Source: an uncultured delta proteobacterium
GTDB taxonomy: Bacteria > Desulfobacterota > Desulfobaccia > Desulfobaccales > 0-14-0-80-60-11
DNA length: 64,000 bases
NCBI GenBank assembly: GCA_963812015.1
Contig: CAWETI010000003.1
Location: forward strand, 1,568,001-1,632,000
Reading direction: 5' to 3'
Shown: positions 49,325-59,902 of the stretch, one piece after another
Position numbering within the stretch: the stretch's first letter is position 1
Layout of the letters: each line of letters opens with the position of its first letter
Program-made: the position numbers and the translations under genes
The notes under the pieces: generated by a model
Told to the model about the DNA's origin: nothing
Database searches by the model: none
What the model saw: the letters and a program-made list of their open reading frames with translations, nothing else

Positions 49325-50185
49325 TTACGCTCCCACCTGGTAGCGGGTGAACCGCTGGACCTTGAGGTCCTTGTCTCCCAGCTTGGCGCCCACTTCTTTG
49401 AGGAATTGGCGCACGGTGATGTCCGAGTTCTTCACGAAGACCTGCTCCACCAGGCAGACTTCCTTATAAAATTTCTCCAGGCGGCCCACCACCATCTTCT
49501 CGATGATCTTTTCCGGCTTGCCGCTCTCCTTGGCCTGGGCCTCGTAGATGGCCTTTTCCTTGGCAATGAGTTCCGGAGAAATTGCTTCCCGGCCCACGGC
49601 CAGAGGCGAAGTGGCGGCCACCTGCATGGCCAGGTCTTTGGCCGCGGCCACCGCCTCCGGGGCGTCGTCGCCGCCGCTCAGTTCCAACATCACCCCGATC
49701 TTGCCGCCGTGGTGAATGTAGGCGGTCACCAGATCGCCGTGAAAACGGGTGAAGTGCCGGATGCGAATGGCTTCCCCGGTCTTGGCGATCACTTCATTGA
49801 GGTAATCGGTCACCGACAGTTTGGGCCGGTGGGGGCAGGGCTGGGTCAGCAATTCATCCACGCTTTCCAGGGCCACCGCGGCCAGATGTTCGGCCAACTT
49901 GGTGCCCAGGTCGAGGAAGGCCGGGGTCTTGGCCACAAAATCCGTTTCGCAATTGACTTCCAACAGGATGCCGGATTTTTGGTCCGGGGCGATGGACGCC
50001 CAGATGGCGCCCTCGGAGGTGGTTCGGTCGGCCCGTTTGCTGGCCACCGCCAGGCCCTTCTGGCGCAGGTAAGCCACCGCGGCCTCCAGGTCCCCGCCGG
50101 TTTCCTTCAAAGCTTTCTTGCAATCCATCATCCCGGCGTCGGTCTTGGCACGCAGGGTTTTTACCAGTTCTGCCGTAATTTCCAA
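49325..50185 (-). CDS. tsf: Elongation factor Ts
   Basis: [35 protein letters not shown] start at 50185 after AAGGAGG. Confidence 0.97.
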   Translation of the reverse strand: MEITAELVKTLRAKTDAGMMDCKKALKETGGDLEAAVAYLRQKGLAVASKRADRTTSEGAIWASIAPDQKSGILLEVNCETDFVAKTPAFLDLGTKLAEHLAAVALESVDELLTQPCPHRPKLSVTDYLNEVIAKTGEAIRIRHFTRFHGDLVTAYIHHGGKIGVMLELSGGDDAPEAVAAAKDLAMQVAATSPLAVGREAISPELIAKEKAIYEAQAKESGKPEKIIEKMVVGRLEKFYKEVCLVEQVFVKNSDITVRQFLKEVGAKLGDKDLKVQRFTRYQVGA

Positions 50186-50382
50186 CGTAAGCCTCCTTAT
50201 CGTGATGCGCGCCGCTTGACCTAAGACGATAAAAGCCCAGCCAAACCGGGACCGCGCCTTGGACGCGACCCCGCTCACCAGGCCCTGCAAGGGCGGTTCG
50301 CGAACCGCCCCTACGCTTGGATACACTTTAGGTCAACTGCGCCGACCTGAAATCTTGCTCATGATGCGGCCCGTAACCGGCA

Positions 50383-51201
50383 TCAAGACTCGGGTTCCGG
50401 GGCCGCGGCTGCTTCCGGGGCGGGGGTCGCTTCCGGGGCCGGGGTCGAAACCTCCGGGAGCGCCTCTACCTCGGCCTCGGCCATCTCCTTGTCGGTGATG
50501 GCCTGGTGGCGTTCTTCGGCCAGCTTCTTGCCGTCCAACACCGCGTCGGCCACCCGGGAGGTGAGCAGGCGAATGGCGCGAATGGCGTCATCGTTGCCCG
50601 GAATGGGGTAAGTGATTTCCGTGGGGTCGCAGTTGCTGTCCACGATGGCCAACAGCGAAATGCCCGTCTTCTGGCCTTCGGCCACCGCGATGTCTTCCTT
50701 CCGGGGGTCGACGATGTAGACGATATCCGGCAGGCGGCCCATATTCTTGATGCCGCCCAGGGAGCGCTCCAGCTTGGCGGCCTTCTTTTCCATCATGAGG
50801 ATTTCTTTTTTGGGGAACCGTTTGATAGTGCCGTCTTCCTTCATGGCCTCGAACTCCTTGAGGCGCTGAATGGAGCGGCTGATGGTCTGATAGTTGGTGA
50901 GCATGCCCCCCAGCCACCGGTGGTTGACGTAGAACATGCCGCAACGCTTGGCTTCTTCGGCAATGGCGTCCTGGGCCTGCTTCTTGGTGCCCACGAACAA
51001 GACGATGCCGCCGTCCGCCACCTTCTGCACCACGTAATTGTAGGCGGTTTTGAAGAACTGCACGGTTTTTTGCAGGTCGATGATGTGGATGCCGTTTCTG
51101 GCCCCGAAGATATACGGCCCCATCTTGGGGTTCCAGCGGCGGGTCTGGTGGCCGAAGTGTACCCCGGCCTCCAGCAATTCCTTCATGGTGACATACGACA
51201 T
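50383..51201 (-). CDS. rpsB: 30S ribosomal protein S2
   Basis: [39 protein letters not shown]; start MSYVTM at 51201. Confidence 0.98.
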   Translation of the reverse strand: MSYVTMKELLEAGVHFGHQTRRWNPKMGPYIFGARNGIHIIDLQKTVQFFKTAYNYVVQKVADGGIVLFVGTKKQAQDAIAEEAKRCGMFYVNHRWLGGMLTNYQTISRSIQRLKEFEAMKEDGTIKRFPKKEILMMEKKAAKLERSLGGIKNMGRLPDIVYIVDPRKEDIAVAEGQKTGISLLAIVDSNCDPTEITYPIPGNDDAIRAIRLLTSRVADAVLDGKKLAEERHQAITDKEMAEAEVEALPEVSTPAPEATPAPEAAAAPEPES

Positions 51202-51212
51202 GGAACTTCCTC

Positions 51213-51292
51213 CTGGTTGGTCCGCCGCGCCACGGCCGGCGGGGCCACCGACCAACCACGGTCGGCACCAGCCCGCCCTAAATGGCGCGTGA
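51213..51292 (-). promoter_or_regulatory. S2 (rpsB) leader RNA
   Basis: Minus strand CACGCGCC..GGTGCC-hairpin-GGTGG..GGCGCGGCGG-ACCAACC before AGGAGG, matching the S2-binding leader layout. Confidence 0.7.
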
Positions 51293-51832
51293 GAATTTTC
51301 AAATCATATTTTTATAACAAATTCAGCCGGGCATGACAAGATTTTTCGGAGCGGGCCGCTTGAGCTGTTTTCGGAGAGAGGGGCGCCGGGGCCCCCGATG
51401 GTGCTCAACCATGAGACCAGGGCTTTCCTCCCGGGGTTTTCCCAGGTCAGCCAGTTATGATAAGCATATCAAATAGTTTTTCAATGGAGTATAAACTATA
51501 TAGATAGTAGCAGTCATCACTTTTTTCCGGTGGCTTGGAATTCAACTTAAGTAGGTCAGATTAATGATGAGGTGAGGTTGTGTAACGACAGTTATCTCGT
51601 GCAGTTCTCTATGCGGGGGAAGGAGAAGCGGCCATTGATCGGCTGATAAACTATGTAATTATTAGGAATTATAATATATAATTCCCACGGAACGATTACA
51701 ACACGCAATAGCTGGCAGATGCAGAGGCTATATTGTAATGCTTAGGTTTGACTTAATCTAGGTCTAACCTTGCAACTGCATCTGCCAGCGTACTGGAAGT
51801 ATTCCTCATTGAAAGAAGTAGGGGTTTTGTTC

Positions 51833-52171
51833 TTAATTTGCGACCTTGTCGTTATGCTTCTTACGGTAGATGTTCCTGCTGGCGCGGTTTTGCTTCCGGG
51901 TCAGTTTGGCGCGTTCCTTCTGGGTCAGGTTGCCATCGGCCTTCATACGATCTTCCGTGGCTTTGATGCGTGACTGTTGGTTCTCCAAACGCGTGGCCTC
52001 GCCTGGTGTCAACTGCCCGGATTTTATTCCCTGCTGAATGCGTTCCTGCTGCTTGACCTCCCTTTCTTGAATCCCAGGATCGTTAACATTTTGCGCGGCT
52101 ACCGGTAGCCCGGTCAAGGTGAGCAAACCCAGAATCAAGCCAGTCTTTAAAAGATTAGTGCCTCTGCTCAT
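51833..52171 (-). CDS. Small secreted helical protein
   Basis: Signal peptide (VAA-Q), repeated G.LT..E..L..Q motif, ends IYRKKHN; AAGGAG RBS. Confidence 0.8.
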   Translation of the reverse strand: MSRGTNLLKTGLILGLLTLTGLPVAAQNVNDPGIQEREVKQQERIQQGIKSGQLTPGEATRLENQQSRIKATEDRMKADGNLTQKERAKLTRKQNRASRNIYRKKHNDKVAN

Positions 52172-52786
52172 TGGATCAATTCTCCTTTTTCATAGCTTTT
52201 ATCAGTTAGAATAAACTCCCGCCGAAATGTTAACCGGGAAATAGCCCTTGAGTGAGCAATCCCCAAGATCCATTGATGTTAAATATGTCTCAAGGGAAAA
52301 GGGGATAAAATAAGGAATCTTCGGAAAGCTCTCTTCTGATTTCCTTAAAATTGAGAAGGGGTAACCCCGAAGGAAACTGAGCAGCATAACTTACCACTAT
52401 CAAAATTACTAAAAAAACAAAGAGTTACTGGTATAATCCGCATAATATCGTCCTGAGCGCCTCGGCTCGGGGAGATTCAAGAAACCGGGAATTGAAGAAA
52501 ATCAGCAGGCTGGGAGGAGAAGAACTAAACAAATTTTCCCGGTTATTCAACTCTGGTGAAAATCTTCCAGGGCGTTTGACCAGTACCGGTAAATCGTTCC
52601 TGCCGTTCTGGCCATTTCTCCCCCATCCCTTAAAGTGAGACACCCGCGACCCGGACGTGTCACTGTCATGGCGATGGCCCTTTAGGGGCTCGAATAAACC
52701 CCCCAAAGGCTCATAAAATTGACGATACGGGGTGATGGTGGGCGGGATGGAGTCCGGGGGCCGCGGTGGGTGAGGCCCAACCACCC

Positions 52787-54478
52787 TTAGGGATGGTTGA
52801 CCAGCAGGCGCATGCCGGGCAGGGTCAAGGCCACCGGGGCGCCTTGCAGGAAAGGCTCGGGGGCCACCGCGTTATCCAGGAGCAAGAACACCTTCCCGGG
52901 CCCCTGCCATAACTCCTGGAGGCGTTCCGGGGTAATGATGTAGTGTGCGGCGGGGTCCACCGGATAGGGAAACTGCGGCAGGCCGTTACGTTGGACCATG
53001 AGGATGTGGCGCCGGGCGTAAAGCTCCAGGGAGGCCCCGTATTCAAACTCTTCAATGGGACCCATGATCAAGAGGTCCTGGGGGGATGCCACCCGCCGGA
53101 TATATTCCCCCACGGCCCGGTCGCACTGCCGGGGGGTGAGGACCATCATGGTCTGAAAGGTGACCCCGGCCAGGCCCAAAGCCAGGAGGCCGTATCCGGC
53201 CACCGCCAGACCGCGGCGACCGAGCCAGGCGGTCGCCACCCCCACCAGGGCTGTCGCCGGAATAAACCAGGTGGCCCGCCAGGCGATGGGGGAGATGAGG
53301 CCGGCCATGTCGATGAATTCCCGGCGGTTGGCCACGCAAACCGTTTGCAGGTAGGGCAGCAGCACCGACAGCAAGAGCCCTAACAGGCCCAGGGCCGCCA
53401 GGCTCCAGGGGATGACCCGGTCCCCCGGCGCGTCCAGATAGCGCTTGATGCGCCACCCGAGGATTAGGGCCAGGGCGGGCAGGGCGGGCAGGGAATAATA
53501 TTCGATGCGGTTGGACGACAGGGTGAAAAAGCCCAGGATGACCGCCACCCAAATGAGCAGCAGGCGTCCGGCGGTCCCCACCTCCCGGCCGGGGCGGCTG
53601 GCCTGCCAGAAACGGTAGAGGGCTGCCGGCAGGATGAAGGTCCAGGGCATCAGCCAGATGGCCAAAAACAGGTAGAAACCGGTGATGGTGAAGGAGTTGA
53701 CGTCCGGGGGCTGCCGGCGGCCCAGGAATCGCATGATCTGTTCATTGATGATCTGGAACTTGAGAAAACCGGGATTGGCCAGCTCCGTGGCCACACCCCA
53801 GAGAACCAGGAGCATCAGCATGACGGCGATGCCCCCAGGAGAGCATAACAGGGAGAGCAGGCGGCGCTCCCGCCGGTGCCAGGCATAGAGGAGACCGATA
53901 GACCCGGGAAAGACCACCCCGATAAAACCCTTGCTGAGAAACCCGGCCACCAGGGCCAGAAAGAACATAGCGGTCCAGCCGCGGCTGGGCTTCTCCTCCC
54001 AGCGCAGCAGCGCATATAAGGCCGCCAGCAGGGACAGGGTGATGAGGTGATCGGTGAGAATCTGCAAGTGGAGGACGAAAAAACCGATGCTGGTGAGCAG
54101 GATGAATCCCCCCAGCCAGGCGGCTTGCCGGCCCACCAGACGTTGGCCGATGAGGTAGGTGAGCCAAACCTCCCCCACGGTGATGGCCAGGGTGGGGACC
54201 CGGGCGCTCCATTCGGAGACCCCCAGGAGTTTGTAGCCCAAGAGTTGGAGCCAGTAAAGCAGGTGGGGTTTGTCCAGGTAGGGGGCCCCGTTGAGGGTCG
54301 GGGTCAGCCAGGAGCCCGCGGCCAGCATTTCCCGGGGGATCAGGGCGTACATGGATTCGGATCGCCAGAGGGGCAGCTGCCAGAAGAGGGGCAGGTATAA
54401 CCCCAGACACAGCAGCACCAGGGTAACGCCGTTCATCAGGCGGGCATCGGCGGCGGGTGGGCTTGGGGAGCGTTCCAC
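52787..54478 (-). CDS. ArnT/PMT (GT39/GT83-like) membrane glycosyltransferase
   Basis: E..YA..REM..G.W.TP.LNG..YLDKP.L.YW, EWSAR.P, L.KG..G, YY.LP.LPALA; start 54478 (GTG) or 54436. Confidence 0.88.
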   Translation of the reverse strand: MERSPSPPAADARLMNGVTLVLLCLGLYLPLFWQLPLWRSESMYALIPREMLAAGSWLTPTLNGAPYLDKPHLLYWLQLLGYKLLGVSEWSARVPTLAITVGEVWLTYLIGQRLVGRQAAWLGGFILLTSIGFFVLHLQILTDHLITLSLLAALYALLRWEEKPSRGWTAMFFLALVAGFLSKGFIGVVFPGSIGLLYAWHRRERRLLSLLCSPGGIAVMLMLLVLWGVATELANPGFLKFQIINEQIMRFLGRRQPPDVNSFTITGFYLFLAIWLMPWTFILPAALYRFWQASRPGREVGTAGRLLLIWVAVILGFFTLSSNRIEYYSLPALPALALILGWRIKRYLDAPGDRVIPWSLAALGLLGLLLSVLLPYLQTVCVANRREFIDMAGLISPIAWRATWFIPATALVGVATAWLGRRGLAVAGYGLLALGLAGVTFQTMMVLTPRQCDRAVGEYIRRVASPQDLLIMGPIEEFEYGASLELYARRHILMVQRNGLPQFPYPVDPAAHYIITPERLQELWQGPGKVFLLLDNAVAPEPFLQGAPVALTLPGMRLLVNHP

Positions 54479-54537
54479 AACGATAGTCTGGTTGAAGGAG
54501 GGGCCGGGCGGGTCTACGAGAGGCTCCGGCCCTCCCC

Positions 54538-55533
54538 TCAAGTGAGATTCCAGCGGAGCATGGTCCAGATATCCGCCAGGCTGTTCATCTGCCGGACCAC
54601 CGTGGGCTCGAACCCCGAATGCATCATACACTGGGCGCAGCGTGGGTCTCGGCCCACCCCGTAGTCCTCCCAGCGGGTCTTTTTCATCAGATCGGCAAAG
54701 GTGGGGTAGTGGGTGTCCACGATCTGGTAGCAGGGGGCCCGCCAGCCCATGGGATTGCGGGTGGGGTTGGCCCAGGGGGTGCACTCGTAGTCCCGCTCCC
54801 CCCGGAGGAAGCTCAGGTACAAAGGGGTGCTGAAGAACTTGAAATTGAGACCGTTCCCCGTCAGACGGGTGAACTTGTCTTTGATCTCCTCCCGGCTCAT
54901 GAATAGCTCATCGTCGACCCCGGCAAAGCTATAGGCCGGGGAGACCAGGAGGCCGTCCACGCCGATATGGCCCAGGTAAGCCAGGAGAATTTCGATCTCC
55001 AGGGGGTCGGTTTGCTTGTAGATGGAGGTGTTGGTGCACACCCGAATCCCCCGGGCCTTGGCGGCCTTGATGGCCTTGATGGCCAGGTTGAACAGCCCGG
55101 GGCGCCCCAGCAGCTTGTCATGGGAGGCGGCCAGGCCGTCCAGATGGATGCTCAGGGTCAGGTGGTCCGATTGGGGCAGCCGGGGCAGGGATTTTTCCAG
55201 TAAGATGCCGTTGGTGCACAGATAGATGTGCTTGCGGCGGTGCACCAATTCTTCCAACAGCTCAAAGACGGGTGGATAGATCAGGGGCTCGCCCCCGGTA
55301 ATGGTGACCACCGGGGCGTCGCATTCCTCCACGGCCCCGAGGCATTCCTCCAGGGTCAGGGCCTGAGCCAGGGTCTCCCGATACTCCTGGATGCGGCCGC
55401 AGCCCTGGCAGGCCAGATTGCACTGATGGGTGGGCTCCAGCATGAGGACCAGGGGAAATTTTTTCTCACCCTGGAGGCGCTTTTTTATGAGGTAGCGGGT
55501 TAAATCAAAACTCAAACTCATCGGGAAACGCAA
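54538..55533 (-). CDS. hpnH: Adenosylhopane-forming radical SAM enzyme
   Basis: FPLVLMLEP..CNLACQGCGRI, GGEPL, CTPWANPTRN..GW..PCY, DPRCAQCMMHSGFEP. Confidence 0.93.
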   Translation of the reverse strand: MRFPMSLSFDLTRYLIKKRLQGEKKFPLVLMLEPTHQCNLACQGCGRIQEYRETLAQALTLEECLGAVEECDAPVVTITGGEPLIYPPVFELLEELVHRRKHIYLCTNGILLEKSLPRLPQSDHLTLSIHLDGLAASHDKLLGRPGLFNLAIKAIKAAKARGIRVCTNTSIYKQTDPLEIEILLAYLGHIGVDGLLVSPAYSFAGVDDELFMSREEIKDKFTRLTGNGLNFKFFSTPLYLSFLRGERDYECTPWANPTRNPMGWRAPCYQIVDTHYPTFADLMKKTRWEDYGVGRDPRCAQCMMHSGFEPTVVRQMNSLADIWTMLRWNLT

Positions 55534-55624
55534 GGTTTTACTCTCCTGGGTTCATGCAGCAATGGCTGGGGCATCAGGCCCACTGCCGCATCCCGGTTTC
55601 TCAGCAATCCACGCACATGATGGG

Positions 55625-56620
55625 TTAGGCATAGCCGTGCCGGCGGAACCATTCCACCGCGTCGGCCAGGGCCTGGCGTACCGGGGTGATGGTTAATCCT
55701 AGATATTGTACTGCTTTCCGGTTATCAAAGTACATATATTTCTTGGCCATGCGGATGGCGCTGACGGGCATGCGGGGCGGTCGCCGGCGGAGGTAGGTGG
55801 CGAAGAACTCGTCAACATAGGCCATCCCTAAGACCGGCCAGTAGGGCAGCCTCACCTTCGGGGCCGCCAGACCGGTAAGGTCGGCCAGTAATTGGAAGAT
55901 CCGGGAGAGGCTGAGGTTGTCGTTGCCCAGGATATATTTTTCTCCCACCCGGCCTTTGCCTTCGGCCAACAGGTGGCCCCGGGCCACATCCCGGACATGG
56001 ATGAGATTGAGGCCGGTCTCCAGGTACGCCGGCATGCGGCGCTTAAGAAAATCCACGATCATCTGGCCGGTGGGGGTGGGGCGAAAGTCCCAGGGGCCCA
56101 CGGGAGTGCTGGGATTGACCACCACCAACGGCAAGCCCTGACGGGCGTAGTCCAGGGCCACCGCCTCGGCCAGGAACTTGGAGCGCTTGTAGTGGCCTAC
56201 CATCTCCTTGAGGCTGACGGGGGTGTCCTCGGCGCCGGGGGTGCCGTCTCCCGGGTTGCCTAAAGTTCCTACCGTGCTGGTATAAACCACCCGATCCAGA
56301 CCCCGGGCCGCGGCCGCCTTGAGCAGGTGCCGGGTGCCGACCACGTTGATGGCGTACATGGTGGCCGGGTCCGGCACCCAGAGGCGGTAGTCCGCGGCCA
56401 CATGGAAGAGGCGGGTGCAGCCCGCCAGGGCGTGATCGAGGGAATCCGGGTCACGGAGGTCGCCCACGGCCACCTCCACCGCCAGACCGGCCAGGGCCGG
56501 ATGCTCCGGGTTGCGGGCCAGGACCCGGACTTCCCGGCCCGCGGCCAACAGTTCCTCCACCACGGCCCGGCCCACGAAGCCGGTGCCGCCCGTAACCAGG
56601 GTTTTACCGGAAGGCGTCAT
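55625..56620 (-). CDS. hpnA: Hopanoid-associated NAD-dependent epimerase/dehydratase
   Basis: VTGGTGFVG, FHVAADYRLW, GHYKRSK, PTPTG.MI.DF; next to shc. Confidence 0.9.
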   Translation of the reverse strand: MTPSGKTLVTGGTGFVGRAVVEELLAAGREVRVLARNPEHPALAGLAVEVAVGDLRDPDSLDHALAGCTRLFHVAADYRLWVPDPATMYAINVVGTRHLLKAAAARGLDRVVYTSTVGTLGNPGDGTPGAEDTPVSLKEMVGHYKRSKFLAEAVALDYARQGLPLVVVNPSTPVGPWDFRPTPTGQMIVDFLKRRMPAYLETGLNLIHVRDVARGHLLAEGKGRVGEKYILGNDNLSLSRIFQLLADLTGLAAPKVRLPYWPVLGMAYVDEFFATYLRRRPPRMPVSAIRMAKKYMYFDNRKAVQYLGLTITPVRQALADAVEWFRRHGYA

Positions 56621-56901
56621 TGCAAAAACCCCCCTCAAGCCCCCTTGAGAAAAAGGGGGACTTCTCTGGCGTTCCGTGGGTGCGCGGAGTTTTTCTTATG
56701 GGTTTCCCTCTCGCGAAAAGGGGGGGTAAGGACAGTGCGATTTACTGCGGTTCCCCGGTAGGGGTGAAGTCTTTCCGCCGTTGGTGGAACTGTGCTCATT
56801 TATTGGACAGGGAATCCCCGCCCTCCGACAAAAAGACATGCCGCCTTTTCAATGAACCGTATTGGGAATAAAGGAGATTTTGACCGGTGATCGCACCCGG
56901 G

Positions 56902-58873
56902 TCATGAGCCGAGAATGCCGCCCTCCGGCGTTTTAAGAGCCTGCAAATAAATCCCCAAGGCCATCAGAGGGAAACAGTCCCGATAGAGGTGATAGCGAAT
57001 CATGAAATGGTTAGGAAAACCGGTGCCGGTAAACTGCTCCTCGTCCCAGCGGCCCTGGGAGTTTTGGGTCTTGACCAGATATTCGACCCCGGTTTTTACT
57101 TCCGGGGCATGAACTTCCCCCGCCTCGATGAGAGCCAGGAGGGCCCAACCGGTCTGGGAGGCGGTGGACGGCCCCTGACCCATGAGTTCCGGGTGGCGAT
57201 AAGATTCGCAGCACTCACCCCAACCGCCGTCGGGGTTCTGGCAGGCTTTGACCCAGTCCACCGCTCGGCGGACGTAGGGTTGGCCCATGTCCTCGCCGAT
57301 GCGTTTCAGGGCCACCAGCACCGACCAGGTGCCGTAGAGGTAATTCACCCCCCAGCGTCCCCACCAGGGGCCGTCGGGGTGCTGGGTGTGGCGCAGGTAA
57401 GCCAGGGCCCGCCGGGCCGCCGGGTGGTCCAGGCCGTGGCCGAAGGCGCCCATCATCTCCAGGATGCGGGCCGTGATGTCCTCGGTGGGCGGGTCCACCA
57501 GGGCCTTGAGGTCCCCGAAGGGAATGGCATTGAGCCACTCCTTGGTATTATCCTTGTCAAAGGAGGCGAAGCCGCCGTTTTTCGACTGCATGCCCAGACA
57601 CCAGTTGATGCCCCGCTGCAAAGCCGCCTGGTGTTTGCCCGTATCCGCCAACCCTTCCTTTAAGGCCACCAGGACCATGGAGCTGTCGTCGACGTCGGGA
57701 TACCAGTTGTTGTGAAACTCGAAGGCCCAGCCCCCCGGCGGCAGCTCCGGGCATTTGATGCACCAGTCCCCGGGCTTGAAAATCTGTTGGGCCAGCAGCC
57801 AGGTAGTGGACTTGGCCAGGGCGGGATGCTCCGGCGGCAGTCCCGCCGCCGCCAGAGCCCGGATCGCCAGGGCGGTGTCCCACACCGGGGAGATACAGGA
57901 TTGCAGCCCGATATGGCCGTCTTTTTCCAGGGTAAAGAATTCCAGGGCCTGCAAGCCCCGCTGGATGACGTCGTGCTCCACGTCGTAGCCCAGGCAGTGC
58001 AGGGCCAGGAGGGAGTTGACCATGGGCGGCTGGATGCCGGCCCAGTCGCCGCTGTCTTCCTGGTGTTCCAGTATCCACTTTTCGGCTTGCTTGATGGCGA
58101 AGTTACGGGGCCAGGGGAGGCCCAGCCCGGCGTAGAGTTTCAAAATCCGGTCCAGGATGACGAAAAGGTTTTCCAGGAGGGAAGATTCAAGTTTCCAGGC
58201 CACCCGGTGCTGGGAAACCGGCTCGTCGGAGGACAGAAAAAGTTCCTGAATTCCCTGCTCCGGCGGCAAGGACTGGACCGGCCGCTTGGCCATGATGATC
58301 ATCAGGGGCACAACGGTGGCCCGGGTCCAGCTGGAGAATTCATAGATGCTCAGTCCGGACCAGGGCGGCAGCAACATGAACTCCACCGGTAACAGCGGGA
58401 TGCCGTCCCAACTGACCTGACCGAACAGGGCCAGGAAGATGCGGGTAAAGACCCGGGTTTTGAGGGCGCCCCCCCGGGCGAGGATAAACTCCCGGGCTTT
58501 GAGCATACGCGGGTCTTCCGCCGCCAGGCCCGCCATTTTCAGGGCCAGGTAAGCTTCCACCGCGGTGCTGATTTCGCCGCCATCCCCATGCCAGACGGAC
58601 CAGCCGCCGTTGGGGAGCTGCTTGTCCAGGATATCCGCAACCATCCGGGGCACTTTGCCTGCGTCCAGACCCAAAAACCGGTGGAGCATGATGTACTCCG
58701 CGGTGATGGTGACATTGGACTCAAGCTCGGCCCACCAGTACCCCGCCGGGTCTTGCATATTCAACATGGCGGTGGTGGCTCGCTGTCACGGCGCGTTCGA
58801 TGCGGTTGAGGTGTATCCTGGGAAGTGCGTCAATCACTGACTGACTGCGGACTGAAATGGTTTCCCCCCCCAC
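56902..58873 (-). CDS. shc: Squalene-hopene cyclase, with an apparent 1-nt frameshift near the 5' end (intact frame 56902..58767)
   Basis: QW repeats (Q..GGW), SPVWDT, YPDVDDS catalytic motif, GRWGVNYLYGT, FTGTGFP; the N-terminal helix is in another frame upstream of 58786. Confidence 0.93.
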
Positions 58874-58965
58874 TTCTTTCCCCCCGAGTTGTTTTCTGAA
58901 TTTGCATACTATACCATAACCCCCAAAAAGACCAAATATTTTAGTCTTAACGTAAGTTCATATTT

Positions 58966-59379
58966 ATGAACTATCAAGACCCCGGGCGCCGGTGGCGAGA
59001 GTTTATATCCATGATTCAACTCCACGGGGTTGGTCTAGCCTATTTTCTGGGCTCCCAGAAAGAGTTAGGGCCTCGTCTCCTGGCCGGCGAAGACGTGATC
59101 GGGGCGCCGGACAGCGATCTCGATCTGGGGGTGGTGTTGCTGGAACATCCCCTGGATTATTGGGAAGGGCAAAAGCTGCGGCGCCGCCTGGAAGACGCCC
59201 TGGCGCCCCTCTTTGCCCCGGTGCGCCTCCATCTCCTGCTGCTGGAAGAAGAAAACGCCCATGTACAATATGCCGCCATCCGGGGTATTCAGGCCTATGC
59301 CGTGCATGAAGACTTTGCCCGCCAGTACCGCCGTCAGGTCCTGACCCTTTATGGTGACTGGCACTCCTGGTGGCCTTAA
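58966..59379 (+). CDS. Minimal nucleotidyltransferase (MNT/MntA-like), no HEPN partner adjacent
   Basis: LAYFLGS.....SDLDLGV (GS + DxD), L..L..A...Y.AI.G. Confidence 0.75.
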   Translation: MNYQDPGRRWREFISMIQLHGVGLAYFLGSQKELGPRLLAGEDVIGAPDSDLDLGVVLLEHPLDYWEGQKLRRRLEDALAPLFAPVRLHLLLLEEENAHVQYAAIRGIQAYAVHEDFARQYRRQVLTLYGDWHSWWP

Positions 59380-59902
59380 GGATGAGCGCCTCAGCGTTGG
59401 TCTGGCCAGTCCCCTTCACGGTTAATCCCCAACCCGCCAACCTTGGGTGAACCTTAAATTATTTCCGTCAATCCCGAAAAGTGCCGGCCTGATTACCGGG
59501 AGGATTTAATAAACCGGACCAAAATGCCGTTGAAGATGATCAAGGCGCCGGATTTGCCCCCAAGCCCCAAAAGGACTGTGGCCCGGCAAAGGTGCGCCCC
59601 CCGGCTGCCGGGCGCCGAGATCAGGATGGATCTCTCCTCGCTTCTTCCCACCGTCCTCGGCAAAATGAGTTTCCCGGTGCAATTCCTCAACCTCGGGGGT
59701 GACAGGTTGCTCTCTGCAATATCGGTATTATTTTAATATATAATTAAATATGAGCCTGACGTTCCGGTTGACCCTCAGGGAAAATTCTGCTAAGGGAGAG
59801 GCATATTGAAGAAGATGGCTGCCACCCAACCCGGAATCCCTCCCCGCCAGCCCACCGGCGCACACTCACATATCGAACCATCCCTATCTCTCAGGAGATA
59901 AC

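Noticed and set aside
52433..52462. AATCCGCATAAT as a dif site
   Set aside because: XerC-like arm only, with no XerD arm at the right spacing; 62563 has the converse half only.
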